Notes: generated from the sequence alone by a model not told the origin. Numbered from the stretch's first letter, positions 42,855 through 55,947 are shown. The stretch is DNA of 64,000 nucleotides from Scenedesmus sp. PABB004 (GCA_014905635.1 JABVCE010000019.1:1-64000); one strand, 5' to 3'. Translations and numbers: made by a program.

Positions 42855-43955
42855 ATGCCGCTCACGCCCGCCTACACCTGGTCGGAGACGGACACTTCGG
42901 TGACGCTGATCGTCGACGGCGTGCCCGTCCGCGACCAGGGCGCCCTGTTCTGCAGCGACCGCGTGGTCAAGCTCAACGCGCCGCCCTTCCTGCTGCTGCT
43001 CGACCTCAAGGAGCCCGTGGACGACGACGCCAGCTCCGCCACGGTGCTGCAGGGCCGCCGGGTGGTGTTCAACCTGGTCAAGGTGCTGCGCCGCCGCTGG
43101 AGCTGCAGCGCCGCCGCTGCTGCGGAGCGCCAACCCCCCGCCGCACGTGTGCAGGCGACGCCGGGGCTGTGGGGCAGCCTGACGGCGGCAGGCGACAAGC
43201 GCGCCATCCGCGCGGAGCGCGACGCGTCGGTCGCGCGCGCGCACGCCAAGGCGGCCGCCGCCGCCGCTGCGCGCGCGGAGCGCAAGCTGGCGGACGAGCG
43301 GTGCGGCCGCGCGGCGCGGCGGCGGGCGCGCCCGCGTGCGCGCCCGCGCCCACGCCCGCCGCGCCGCCCGCAGCGCCGCGACCGACCGCCAGCTCGCGGG
43401 CGAGCGCGCGGCGCGCGCGCGCCTCGACGCGCTCAAGGCGGCGGAGCTGCAGCGCGAGCGCGCCGCGCTCGGCGCGTGGGCGGCGGCGCTGCCCGGCGCC
43501 GGCGGCGGCGCTGCGCCGCTGCCGCAGGGCGACGAATCTGACTATGAGGACGAGGAGGACCTGCGGGCCGAGGGCGGCTTGCAGGACGTGCGGCGCGGCG
43601 CGGCGGAGCAGGCGGAGCCGCCCATGCCCGACCACCCACACTATCACGGCCGCGGCTGGCGGCGGGGCAGCGGCGCCAGCGGCGCCGCGGACGCCGCCGC
43701 CGAGGACGGCGCGGCGGACGCCGCCGCCGAGGACGGCGGCGGCGAGGGCGAGCAGCAGCAGCAGCAGCTCGTGGAGCTCCGCGCCAGCGGCGGCGCCCGC
43801 GCGCCGTCGGCGCTGCAACAGCTCGTGAGCGACGCGGCGGCGGCCACGCAGGCGAGCACCGTCGCCGCGCCCGGGCGCGGCAGCGCGCCCGCAGCGGCCG
43901 GCGGCGGCGGCGGCGGCGCGCTGCTCACCGCCGTCTGCAGCAGCAGCACGCGGCA

Positions 43956-44038
<83 letters not shown>

Positions 44039-44680
44039 GGCCGATGGCGCCCGTCCGCGCGCGCGGCGAGCCGCTCGCCGTGCGCTTCACCGCGCTCGAG
44101 ACGGCGCACCTGCCGGCGCGGGAGCAGCGGGAGGTGGAGATCCAGGGCATACGGCGCGGCGCGGCGCGCGACCAGGTGCGGCGCCTGGCCGCCGGCGCGC
44201 GCGCGCATGCTGCGCTGCACGCGTACGCGAGCCCGCCGCCACGCGCAACGCGCCGACCGGCCGGCGCGGCCGCGGCGCGCAGGACAGCCTGGGCGTGGCG
44301 GAGCGGCAGCCGGCGTTTCTCAAGGACAAGGGCGACGGCCTGGCGGCGCAGGGCAACTTCAGGTGGGCGGCGCGCGCGGCCCCTGCCGCCCGCCCCGGCT
44401 GCGGGCGCGCGTGCGCGGCCGCCCACCCCGGCCCGCCTCCCCCCCCCCCCCCCCGCGCAGGGGCGCGGCCAACGCCTACTCCAAGGCGCTGGAGCTCGAC
44501 CCCGGCCAGGCGGCGCTGTGGGCCAACCGCGCGGCGTGCCGCCTCGCGCTCGGCGAGCCCGACGGCGCCGAGGCGGACTGCGGGCGGGCCATCGAGCTGC
44601 TGGCCGCCACGCGCGCGCGGCTCGTGGCCGCGGCGGGGCTGCCGGACGCCGAGGCGGAGGTGCTGGCGGGGCTGCTGCCT

Positions 44681-44713
<33 letters not shown>

Positions 44714-45949
44714 TCGCCAGGGCGCAGCTGCGACGCGGCGGCCGCCGCCGAGCTGGACGGCGCAGACCGCGAGCCGGTTGGCGTGGACGCAGCGGCCTCC
44801 AGCAGCACGCAGGCACCCACGGACGCCCAGGCGCCGAGCGCGCCGCCGCCGGCGAGCGGCGCGGTGCTCAAGGTGCAGGCGCAGCTGGTCAAGGCCCTGG
44901 CGCGGCGCGCGGCGGCGCGCGTGGAGCTGGGGCAGCTGCAGGGCGCGGCGGACGACCTCGCCGCGGCGCTCAGGTGCGCCAGCAGCGCGCTGAGCTGCGC
45001 TGCCCGCCGCGCGCCGCCGCCCGCCCGTGCGTGGCGCCACGCGCGCTCTTGCCGGCCGCAGGCTGGACCCGGGAACGCGCGGCTGCAGGCAGACGCGCTG
45101 GAGGTGGCCGCGGCGCTGGACCCTGACGCCGCCGGCGCCGGTCGGGGCGCGGCAGACAGCCTGCGCCGGCGCGGGGCGGCGCGCTTCAGGGCGGGCGACG
45201 CCGAGGGCGCTGCCGAGGCGTACGGCGCGCTCGTCACGCTGCTGCGCCGGCAGCAGGAGGCGCGGCAGGGGCAGCAGCAGCAGGAGGAGGGGCAGCAGCA
45301 GCAGGAGGAGGGGCAGCAGCAGCAGGAGGAGGGGCAGCAGCAGCAGGAGGAGGGGCAGCAGCAGCCGGCCGGGGGCGGCGAGCTGCTCGCGGCGCACAGC
45401 AACAGGGCGGCGTGCTGGCTGTCGCTGCAGCGCTACGTCCCCTGCCTGGAGGACTGCGCCGCCGCGCTGGCGCTCGCGCTGGAGGAGGCGCCCCGCGGCG
45501 GCGCGCACGCCCCCCTGGAGGAGGAGGAGGAGGAGGGCGGCGCCGCGTCTGCCTGTGCCGCCAGCGACGACGACGCGGGCGCCGACGGGCGCGGGGCGGG
45601 CGCGCACGCCGTGGAGCGCCTGCTGGCCCTGCTGCGGCGGGCGCCGCCGGAGGCGCTGCAGCGGGCCGCCGCCGCGGGCGGCGGCGGCGCGGCGCGGCGC
45701 GTGCGCTCCGCCGCGCTGCTGCTCGGCCGCGCCGCGGTCGCGGCCGCGTGCCTGAAGGCGGCCGGGCCGTCGGCGCGGCTTTACGCCGCCGCGCGGGCGT
45801 GCTGGGCCGCCCTGGGCGAGGCCGGCCGCGCCGCCGTGCTGGCGGCGGACGAGGCGCGCCTGCTCGGCGGCGGCAGCGGCGGCAGCGGCTGCGCTGGCGC
45901 GTGCGGCGGCGGCGCCGCGCCGCCGTCATCCGCGGTGCCCGCCGCCTGA
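42855..45949 (+). CDS. DNAAF4: Dynein axonemal assembly factor 4 (DYX1C1/PF23): CS domain, coiled coil, TPRs
   Basis: MPLTPAYTWSET..VKLNAPPFLLLLDL..VD (CS domain); VRFTALETAHLPARE; ERQPAFLKDKGD..GNF, AYSKALELDP..LWANRAACRL, and KALARRAAA (TPRs). Confidence 0.85.
43957..44037 (+). repeat. (CCG)27 microsatellite encoding poly-Pro in DNAAF4
   Basis: Uninterrupted ccg run, read directly. Confidence 0.95.
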
Positions 45950-46338
45950 GCACGCCCATTGGCCGCCGGAAAGCGAGGGCCGGGCCCAGCGGTGCGATCG
46001 GATGGCCCTGGGCGAAGGTGCGCCCCGGCGATGGCGCAAACTGCGAGGTGCCTGCACAGCGCGCGCGCCGGCGTGACGCGCATGCGGGTGCGGCCGTCGC
46101 GCCGGCAGTGAGCGAATGATGGCTGCGGGCGCAGCCGTCAGTGGTTATGCCGAGCCGTCTCGCCAGCTGGCTCGGCGCGCCCACGCCTCCCGGCGCGCCG
46201 TCCGCCGCTGCGCCCATTCCCCCCGCTCGGGCCCGCGTCCCTGGTGGACTCCCCGCGCCCAGATCGTCCCCACCCACCCCCCGGCAGCGATCACCGGCCT
46301 CCCCGCGCCCGCCCTGCGCCGCGGCGGCTCCAGGCGCC

Positions 46339-49300
46339 ATGGTGCTCAACGATCTCGTTCCCACGATCGTCATTCCCGTCTCCGCCGTGCTGGCGATCAT
46401 CTTTGGCGCCTGGCTGTGGCACCGGGTGTCGGCCATCAGCCTCACGCCCGGGCAGAGCGTGTTCCGCAGCCAGAACGGCCGCGAGTACCTGCTGGAGGAG
46501 GAGCAGCGCGGCGACGATGAGGTGCGCCCGCGGCGCGGCGCCCCTGCGAGGCGGTTGCCCGGCGGCGCCGAGCACGCACGCCTGTCGCCCCCGGCGTCGC
46601 AGGTGGTGCAGAAGGCCGCCGACATCCAGGACGCGATCAGCGAGGGCGCCAACTCGTTCCTCTTCACCGAGTACAAGTACCTGGGCGTCTTCATGGTGCG
46701 GGGGCGGCGTGTCGGCATCGCACCCCGCGATGCCCCGCCCCGCCTGGGCCGCGCCGCCCACGGCGCGCCGCGCACGGGCCGCAGGTGATCATGGCGATCG
46801 CGATCTTCGCGCTCCTCGGCTCCGTGGAGCCGGAGGGCAAGCGCACGCGCGCGGACGAGGTGCGCAACGGCCTCTTCTCGACCATCGCCTTCGTGCTCGG
46901 CGCGTCGACGTCCATCCTCTCCGGCTACGTGGGCATGAAGATCGCGACCTACGCCAACGCCCGCACCGCCGTCGAGGCGCGCAAGGGCATCGCACCGGCG
47001 TTCATGTGCGGTGCGTTGACGGCGCCGCGCCGCGCTGCGCCGCCGTGCTGTGCCCCCGCCCCCGGCCCTCCTGCCTTGCGCGCGCCGCCGCCGCGCCCTC
47101 CTGCGCGCCTCGCCCCGACACCCGCCGCCGCGCTCGCCGCTGCTGCCGCGCTGCAGCGTTCCGCTCGGGCGCGGTCATGGGCTTCATGCTCGCCGGCTTT
47201 GGCCTGCTCAACCTCTTCATCGCCGTCGTGCTCTTCCTCAAGGCGAGTTGTTATTTGAATAATAACAGCTTGTTTCGTGACGCCGCCGGGCGGGCGAGAG
47301 AGAGCGGCGCCGGCCCCCGGCAGCGCGCCCCCGGCTCGCGCGCCAGGCTCGCGCGCCCGCTCACCCGCTCCCGCCGCCGCCGCACCCGCCGCACCCGCCA
47401 GGTCTACGGCGACGACTGGCAGGGCGTGTTTGAGGCGATCACCGGCTACGGCCTCGGCGGCTCCTCCATCGCGCTCTTCGGCCGCGTCGGCGGCGGCATC
47501 TACACCAAGGTGCGGCGCCGCACACGCGCCGCACGCGCCGCGGACGCGCCGCGCACACGCGCCGCGCGCCTCGCCGCCTCACGCCGCGTCTCGCGTCTCG
47601 CCGCTCGCCGCGGGGGCCAGGCGGCCGACGTCGGCGCCGACCTGGTGGGCAAGGTTGAGAAGGACATCCCTGAGGACGACCCGCGCAACCCCGCCGTCAT
47701 TGCCGGTGCGGCCCGCCGCCGCGCTCGCTGCTCGCCGCGGTCGGACTGCAATGCACGCCCGCCGCCGCAGCGCGCCGCGCGCGGCCCGCACTGCACGCCG
47801 GCCTGCGCGTCGGCCTGCCGCCTGCCGCGCTGCGCCGCGCCCGCCTGCCGCCGCCGGCGGCCGCAGCAGCGCGCCGCTCACGCTCGCGCCGCCGCGGCCG
47901 CGCGCCCGCCAGACAACGTCGGCGACAACGTCGGCGACATCGCCGGCATGGGCGCCGACCTGTTTGGCTCGTTCGCCGAGTCGACGTGCGCCGCGCTCGT
48001 CGTCGCGGGCGTGAGCGAGCTCGGCGCGGGGCACAACTGGCCGGCGATGATGTTCCCGCTCATGGTCAGCGCGACCGGCATCCTCGTGTGCATGATCACC
48101 ACGCTCATCGCGACCGACTTCAAGCCCGCCAAGCAGGCGCGTGTGCATGCAGGCCGCTGGTCGCCGCCGTCTGGGCCCGCGGCCCGCGCAGGCCCCGCCG
48201 CGGCCCGCGCAGGCCCCGCCGCGGCCGCGGCCGCGGCGCCGCCGGGCCCAGACGAGCCCGCCCGGCCCGAGCCATGAGCCCTGAACCGTGAGCCCTGAGC
48301 CGTGAACCCTGAGCCCTGAACCCTCTGCGCCGCGCCACGCAGATCAGCGAGATCGAGCACACGCTCAAGATGCAGCTCATCATCTCCACCATCCTCATGA
48401 CGCCCGTGAGTGACGGCCGCGGCGGCTGTGACACACGCAGCGGCAGCGAGCAGCGGCGGCGCGGCCGGCAGCGCGCGGCCGGCGGCGCGGCGGCGGCGCG
48501 CAGTCGGCGGCGCGCAGCGCGTCGGGCGCAGGGCCGCGGGCGCCAGGCGCAGGCGCCGACCCCGCCGACCCCGCCGCGCGTCGCGCCGCGCCGTGCTGCA
48601 GGTCGCGCTCGCGCTCGCTCTCATGTCGCTGCCGGCGACGTTTGAGCTGCCCGTGCCCTCGAAGGTCGCGGGCCGCGACCACGACTTCAAGACCGTCAAG
48701 AACTGGTGCGCGCGCGTGACTGGGGTTTAGTGGCTGGTCGGGCTCAACCCTGGGCGCGCGGCCAGGGCTCTGGGGCGGCAGGAGCCGTCGAGCCCGGCGG
48801 CGGCAGCTGTGCCTCGACGGGTGTGCGTAGACTGCTGCGCAGGCCCCTCGAGGCGCAGCTGCCGCCGCAGGGTTGCGGCGCGGCGGCGTCGACCCCGGGG
48901 CTGGGTCGGCTGCGCCGCCGCCCGCGCGCCGCGCACACCCGCGCGCCCACCCATGCGCCCCCGCCGCGCGCCGCGCGCCGCGCGCCGGTGTCAGGTACAT
49001 GTTTGTGTGCGTCGCGTGCGGCCTGTGGGGCGGGCTGGCGATCGGGCTGCAGACCGAGTACTTCACGTCCAACCGCTACACCCCCGTCCAGGTGCGGCGG
49101 CGGGCGCTGGGCCTGGCTCTTGCGCTCGCCGCGGCGCGTCGTTTCGCGCCCGAGTGCAGCGACCCCCCCCCCCACCCTCCTCACCCCCGCTCCTCCTCCT
49201 CCTCCGCGCCCGCCGCGCGTGCTCGCCCACGCGCGCGACCCCGCAGGACGTCGCCGACGCGTGCCGCACCGGCCCCGCGACCGACATCATCTTTGGCCTC

Positions 49301-51467
49301 GCGCTCGGCTACAAGAGCACCATCATCCCCTGCTTCGTCATTGCCATCACCATCTACGTCGCCAACTCGCTCGCCGGTGCGGCGCCGGGGGGGAGGGCCG
49401 TCGCTTGTTGTGTCATTTTCTGTTATGTTTTTTTGAAACAAGAATCAGCCGACGCGCGCGCCCCAGCCGCCGACGCGCGGGGGCTGCGCCGTTGGCCGCG
49501 CCGCGCTGAACACCGCACCCCCCTCCTCCCGCCTCCCTCCCTCGCTACCCTCCCCTGCCTCGGCGCGCGCGCCAGGCATGCTGGGCATCGCGTGCGCCGC
49601 GCTCGGCATGCTCGCGACGCTCTCGACCGGCCTCGCCATCGACGCGTATGGCCCGATCTCGGACAACGCCGGCGGCATTGCCGAGATGGCCGGCATGGGT
49701 GCGCGCCGGGCGCGGGGTCGAGCGGGGCGCTTCAGACGCGCGGGCCCGGCGGGGGTTCACATTGGCGCCGGCCCGGCGCCCGGGCGGCGCGGCCGCTGCG
49801 CCCGGCGGCTCCCGCGCCGCCCGCGCGCCGCCGGTGGCCGTCGCCCTCACCGCCCCGCCGCGCCGCGCCCGCCCGCCGGCAGGCGAGGACATCCGCGAGC
49901 GCACTGACGCGCTCGACGCGGCGGGCAACACCACGGCCGCGATCGGCAAGGGCTTTGCGATCGGCTCCGCCGCGCTCGTGAGTCTCGCGCTCTTTGGCGC
50001 CTACGTCACGCGCGCCAAGATCGACCTCATCGAGTCGTCCATCCTCGACCCCAAGGCGCGTCATCTGTTAGTTGTTAGTTGTTGTTTTGGTTTGGTTTGT
50101 TTTTTTTTGTGTTGATGGCGCGCGCGCCGAGCTGCTCGTCGCGCCGCGGGCCGCCCTCCCCGCGCGCACGGCCGCCTGCTGCACGCCCCTCGCTCACCCC
50201 GCGCCCGCCCCCACCCCTCCTTAACCCCGCGGTGTCGCAGGTCTTTGCGGGCCTGCTCGTGGGCGCGATGCTTCCGTTCTGGTTCAGCGCCATGACCATG
50301 AAGAGCGTCGGCAAGGCCGCGCTCGCGATGGTCGAGGAGGTGCGCCGCCGCTGTGCCGCCGCGCCGCCGCGGCCGCGCCGGGCTCTCGAGGCTGGCAGTG
50401 GCGCTCGCGACGCAGCGGCGGCCTGCGCCGCGCCGACCCCGCTCTCGCCGCCGCCGCGGCGTCCGCTGCCGCCGCCGCTGCCCCTCAGGTGCGCCGCCAG
50501 TTCAACACCATCAGCGGCCTCATGGAGGGCACCGCGCGCCCCGACTACAGCCGGTGTGTCAAGATCTCCACCGACTCCTCCCTGCGCGAGATGATCCCCC
50601 CGGTGCGGCGCGCAGCGCCGCCGCGGGGCCGGCAGCGTCCGCCGCCGCGCCGCCTGCTTCAGGGGCGTGGGGGTGCTGCGCCTGCCCCGGCGCGCGCCCA
50701 CGTCGTCTCGCCCGCGCCGCTGCGCCCGCCGCGCCTGCCGCAGGCGCGCTCGTCATGCTGTCGCCGATCGTGGCGGGCACGCTCTTCGGCACGCGCACGC
50801 TCGCGGGCCTGCTCGCGGGCGCGCTCGTGAGCGGTGTGCAGATGGCGGTCTCGATGTCCAACACCGGCGGCGCGTGGGACAACGCCAAGAAGTACATCGA
50901 GGTGCGGGGGCTTTGGCCTTTTCCGCCGCTGCGCCGCCGCCGCCTCTGCCGCGCCGCCGCGCTTCCGCGGGGACCGCGCCGCCCACGCGCCGGCGGCCCT
51001 CACCGTCAACCCTGCACCCCGCGCGCGCAGGCGGGCGCGACGGAGCACGCGCGCGAGCTCGGCGGCAAGGGCAGCGACTGCCACAAGGCCGCCGTCATCG
51101 GCGACACCGTGGGCGACCCGCTGAAGGACACGAGCGGCCCGAGCCTCAACATCCTCATCAAGCTCATGGCCGTGGTGCGCGCGCACGGGCACAGCACGCA
51201 CAGCACGCGCACAGCACGGCGTGGCACGCGCACAGCACGCGCACAGCACGCGCACGGCACCACGCGCACAGCACGCGCACGGCACGGCGCGGCAGAGCAG
51301 CGCACGCCCCTCCCGGGCGCGACAGACAGCTCACGGCCTGCGCCCCGCCCCGCTGCCGCGCCCCGCCCGCGCGCCGCGCCGCGCAGGAGTCGCTCGTCTT
51401 TGCGCCGTTCTTTTACAACTGCGCCAACGGCGAGGGCCTCATCTTCCAGTTCTTCTCGGGCAACTGA
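46339..51467 (+). CDS. Vacuolar-type H+-translocating pyrophosphatase (AVP1-like, K+-dependent type), many exons
   Basis: [73 protein letters not shown] (Ala form), [12 protein letters not shown], and [21 protein letters not shown]. Confidence 0.97.
48272..48324. repeat. Intronic degenerate heptamer array CC(C/G/A)TGA(A/G) x7.5, telomere-like
   Basis: ccatgag ccctgaa ccgtgag ccctgag ccgtgaa ccctgag ccctgaa ccct. Confidence 0.8.
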
Positions 51468-51484
51468 GCGACTGAGCTCAGCGC

Positions 51485-51525
51485 AGCTCAGCTCAGCTCG
51501 GCTGCCCGCCGAGCTGAGCTGAGCT
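51485..51525. repeat. Perfect 18-bp inverted repeat (5-nt loop) in the H+-PPase 3' UTR
   Basis: agctcagctcagctcggc-tgccc-gccgagctgagctgagct. Confidence 0.9.
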
Positions 51526-52296
51526 CTCGGGGCGGCCGGGCCGGGCGGCGCCGCGCGGCGCCGCGCGGCGGGCCGCCCCGCGCTGGGGTGGAGGCGGCGG
51601 TGGCTCGGATGTTGCCAGCGCGCGCGCCCGCGGCGCGCCGCGCGCCCCGGCGGCGGCGGCGGCGGCGGGCGCGCGCGCGCGCGGCAGAGTTGGCGGCGAC
51701 GGTTGAGGCGGCGGCGGCCGGGGCGGCCGGGCGGATCCCTGGCCGCGCCGGCGCGCCGGCCGCGCGCGGGCACCGGCGGGGCGCCGAGGGCGCCGGATCC
51801 CCCGCTGCGCGGCGCGCGCGCTCCTGCGCGGCACGCGTGCGCGGCGGCGGGGCGGCGGCGGCCCGGCGGCGCGCCCGCGAGGCACGGGCCTTCTTGGCGG
51901 GTGCGGCTAGCGTCACAGCTGTTTGTGCAACCCCGCGTGGCTGTGGGTGCGTGGGCGGGCGGGGGGGCTGCTGGCTGGGCCCACCGAGAGGGCGCGTACG
52001 GGAGCGTGCGCTTGCGTATGCGTGCGTGTGTCTGTGTGCCTGTGTGTGTGTATGTGTCTGTAGGTGTGTGTTCGGCGTCGTCTCACAGCACTGGTCGGCA
52101 CCGCTAGTCGGGGCGAGGGGCCCGCCGCGCGCCGCGCGTGTGAAGGCGGCTGGCAGGGGCGCGACGAGCCCCTGCTGCCGCCGCGAGGCGCGCGCGCCGG
52201 CGGGCCCCCTCGCCACCTGCTGTCGTCATGCCCCGGGAGAGTTGGGCGCGGCCGCGCGGCGTGCCGCCTTCTCGTGGCGAGGCGCGCGTGTGTGTG

Positions 52297-52301
52297 TGTA
52301 A
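52297..52301 (+). promoter_or_regulatory. Candidate TGTAA polyadenylation signal for the H+-PPase
   Basis: TGTAA lies between the PPase stop and the convergent gene. TGTAA is the established chlorophyte poly(A) signal; a similar site at 55824-55828 follows the hypothetical gene. Confidence 0.55.
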
Positions 52302-52463
52302 CCAGCACTGCGTCACACGCTCCGGCTCGCTCTCGCTCTCGCTCGCCAGTCGCGCAGTGCGCACTCAGCCAGACCTCCCCCGCCGCACCGCAGCCTGCCG
52401 CCCTCCCTCGCGCCCCCCGCCGCTACCTTTTGACGCCTGCGTTTGAACCTCTACTCTTCAAAC

Positions 52464-52853
52464 CTACTTTTGGAACGACTCCTCGGGCGGCAGCGGGAGG
52501 CCGGGGTGCTTCGCGCCCATGTGCTCCGCGAGAATCTTGTACGTCGGCAGCGTCGCCTGCGGCGGCGGCGCGGCGCGCGCGGCAGTGAGCCGCGGCGCAG
52601 CGCCCCCGGGCCGGCGGCGGCGCGCCGCGCCGCGCCGCGCACCCGGCAGCTGGGGCAGACAATGGGCAGGCCCGCCGCGCGCGCCTTGAGCTGGCTGCCC
52701 GCCTTTTTGCTCGCCTCTGCGCGCGGCGCGGCGCGCGGGGCCGTCGGCGGCGGCGCGGCCCGTGCGCCCGCCCGCGGCGCCGGACGCTCCCCGCGCACCC
52801 GCCCGCTTCTCCGCCTTCTTCTGCGCCTCAATCTTGGCGTTGCCGCGCACCAT
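52464..52853 (-). CDS. Small ZNF706/4F5-like zinc-finger protein, 3 exons
   Basis: MVRGNAKIEAQKKAEKR|AEASKKAGSQLKARAAGLPIVCPSCR|ATLPTYKILAEHMGAKHP: CxxC..H...KHP pattern. Confidence 0.85.
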   Translation of the reverse strand: MVRGNAKIEAQKKAEKRAGARGASGAAGGRTGRAAADGPARRAARRGEQKGGQPAQGARGGPAHCLPQLPGARRGAARRRRPGGAAPRLTAARAAPPPQATLPTYKILAEHMGAKHPGLPLPPEESFQK

Positions 52854-53611
52854 CGTGGCGCCGACCCCGCCCACGCGTGGTGCCTGGGCGCGGCGGCGGC
52901 GGCGGGCGCTGGGCGCTGCTGGGCGCGCGGCGGCGGCGGCGGCGGCGGCGGCGCACGCTGCTGCTGGTGGTGCCGGTGCTGGTGCTGCGCGGAGCGGCCC
53001 GTGGCCGCCGCTGCTGCGCGCATGCCGCAGCGCGGGCCGCGGCGGGCGGCGGCGCTGCTGCCGTGCGCCGGCCGGCGCCGCCGCCGCAGGCGCCAGCGCT
53101 GCCCTGCCTGCTCCTGCCAGCCCGCCCTGCACGCACCCGTGCGCGCAGAGGCGGTGGAGCCCGCGGGGCGTGCAGGCAAGTTCTGCTGCTGCTGCTCGCG
53201 TCCAGCGGCGGCGGCGACGGCTGGCTGCGTGGCGGCTGATACGGCTGTTCGGACGACGGGCCGCGCGGGCAAGTCGCAGTCGCAGGCAGCCGAGCAGGCG
53301 GGTCTACTGCTTTCGCGGTGTGACGGGTTGGCGCCCGCTCGTCCATGACTCGTCAGTGTGTTGCCCGTCCACCGTGAGCGTCCCGACCAGCGTGGGCGGC
53401 CATGTAGGCCGGGGCATCAAGCAGTATCTGGCGCAGTGGCCGCGTTCCTGCGCGGGGCGCGCCGGGGGCCCCGCTGAGCTCGGGGCAGCTCGAGCAGCTC
53501 CCGCCGCGCCTTCTCGTCAGGGCGCCGGCGGGCGGCGCGGCGCCGCGACGCGCGGCGGGCGGCGCAGCAGCAGCTGGCCGCGTGGCCGGTCGCTGCGGCG
53601 CGCCGCCGAGC

Positions 53612-55576
53612 ATGGGGACCGCCTCCTTCACCTTCCCCGCGCTCGGCCAGCTCGGGCAGGAGCTGGGCGCGCCGTTGGCGGCGCAGGCGGCCGAGCCCGA
53701 GAAGCCCGCGCGCCGGCCGCACCGCCACCGCCACCGCCACCGTGACGGGGACGAGCGCGCGCGCCCGCGCAGCGCGGAGCGCGTCGACGAGCGCTGCGCC
53801 AGCCCGGGCCTGGTGGCCATCATCGAGGACCAGCGGCCCAAGTGAGCAGCGCCGCCGCACACGCGCGCGCGAGCGTGCGCCGTCGCTCGCGCGAGACACC
53901 GCGCGCGAGACACCGCGCCCGCCGCCGCCGCCGGCGCGCAGGTCGTTCACCGAGGGGGAGCGGTCGCGCCACCGCCACAGCAGCAACGGCAGGCACAGCA
54001 GCCCCAGCGGGCGCGTCAGCCCGCCGCCGAGCGGTGGCGGCGGCGGCGGCGGCGGCGGCGGCCAGCGCGTGCACCAGCACCAGCACCAGCCCGCCTGCCA
54101 CATGGGCAGCAACGGCGGCGCCGCGCGGCACGCCGCCGGCGCGCGGCAGTCGGCCAGCGGCGGCGGCGCCGCCGCCGCGCCCGGCGGCCGGCACTCGCCA
54201 CTGCGCAGCGCGCGCGAGCGCGAGCCGCACGGCCACCGCCACGGCGCCGGCCTCGCGGGCGGGCACGGGGGGCTGCCCGGCCTCGGCGCCGGGCCGCTGA
54301 CCAGCCACGGCGCCGGCGCCGACGGCGGCAGCCCCGGCCGCTGCTGGCCCGCGCTCGCGCCCAAGCTCGTGCGGGTCATGTCTGAGAGCGTCCCCCCGGA
54401 GCACATCGCCAAGGCGCGGCGCGGCGCGGCGCGGCAGCCCTGCTGGCCCAGGCCGCGGCGCGGCGCGGGCTGGCGGCGAGAGCGCGCGCCGCCGCCGCCG
54501 CCGCCGCCGCCACGCAGGGCTTTGCGCCGCAGATGTTCAGCCGGCGCGCGCTCGACATTTTCACCGGCAGCCGCCCCGCGGGCACGCCGGACGCGCTCGC
54601 GCGGCTGCTGCCCACGTGGGCCGCGCTGCACCTGTGGTGCGTCCGGCCGCCGCGCAGCAGGTGCGTCCGTGCCCTGCCTGGGGCCTAGGCGGGGGGCCGC
54701 AGCGACGCTCGGCTCGCCTGGCGCCGCGCGGCGGGGGCGCGGCGCGAGCGCCGCCGCCTGCCGCCCCGCGCGCGCGGCGCTCGCGCAGGCTGTGGGTGCC
54801 GCTGCACCTCGGCGCGGCTGACAACCTGCAGGTGCGCCGCGGCGACCGACGGGCGGCCGCCGCCGCGCGCAGCGCTGCCGTTGGCCTGCAGCCTGGAGCA
54901 GCGCGCGCAGCCTTGCGGGCGGTCGCAGCCGAGCCGCGGCTGCCCGCCTCGGCGCAGCCTCCCTCCGCCCCGCTCACCCTGCCCCCCCCCCCCACACACA
55001 CACACACACACACTCGCACCACACGCAGGCGGGCGTGCGCGCCTACCTGCACCCCGACGGCAGCGCCGGCCCGCCGGGCGAGCCCGGCAAGCGCCGCGTG
55101 ATGCACGACCTGCTGTGCAGGGGCTTTGCGCTGCAGATCAGGCGCGCGCGCGCGTGGCGCGCCCCGCCAGCGTCGGGCGCCGCGCTCTGCAGGCCCTGCC
55201 GCCCCGACCCCGTCGCCACGCCCCCGCGCCCCGGCGGCAGGTTCCGGCCCGCAAAGCCCTGCCCCGCGGCGCTGCGCGACGACGCGCTGGCCAAGCTGTC
55301 CGCGTTTGACCTGCCGCTGAACGACGCCGACAACGGCGGTGCGCTGTTTTCTCACGGCTGCTGCCCGCCGGGCAGCGCGCCGCGCGCCGCCGCGACGCGC
55401 CCGCACGCGGCGAGCCGCGCCGCCCCGCGCCGCGACGCCCCGCGCGTCGCTGCCGGTGCACACGCTGCCGGCCGATCGAGCTGCCCAACGGCTGGAACGT
55501 GCTGGACTACCCGGTCGTGTGCGCCGACCTGGACGCCGCGTATGTGGCCAGCTTCGGCCCGCGCCGCCACGGGTGA
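53612..55576 (+). CDS. Hypothetical multi-exon protein with a low-complexity N-terminus and an unrecognised globular C-terminus
   Basis: Plausible spliced exons include LVRVMSESVPPEHIAK|GFAPQMFSRRALDIF, VMHDLLCRGFALQI and IELPNGWNVLDYPVVCADLD. TGTAA lies downstream. Family not recognised. Confidence 0.55.
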
Positions 55577-55947
55577 CGCGGGCGACGCGCACAGGCGCAC
55601 GGCACGCCGCGGGCTGCGCGCGCGCGGGTGCCGCCGCCGTGCGGCCCGGCCGCAGCCCACTTGTACAGAACCTGATCTTGAATTCATTCAGCCCTGCAGC
55701 TTGACACTGCCGCTGCTGCGTGGGGCCGCTGTCCGGCGCGCTGCTGCGGCCGGGGCCGCGCGCCGCTCGCATGGCCTGGCGCTCGTGCACTGAGCCGCCG
55801 CGGTTGCCGCAGCGCGCGCTGCCTGTAACCACTGACCTCAGCGGCCTGACGGGGCTGCGCACGCGAGCGGGTTACCCGCGCAGCGCCAGCGGGCCCATTC
55901 ACTCCGCCTGCGCGCTTCTCACATCGCGCGCGCGCCCCATCACGTGT

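Noticed and set aside
50066..50112. T-rich (TTTG)n-like tracts here and at 63105-63145
   Set aside because: Simple intronic microsatellites, not terminators.
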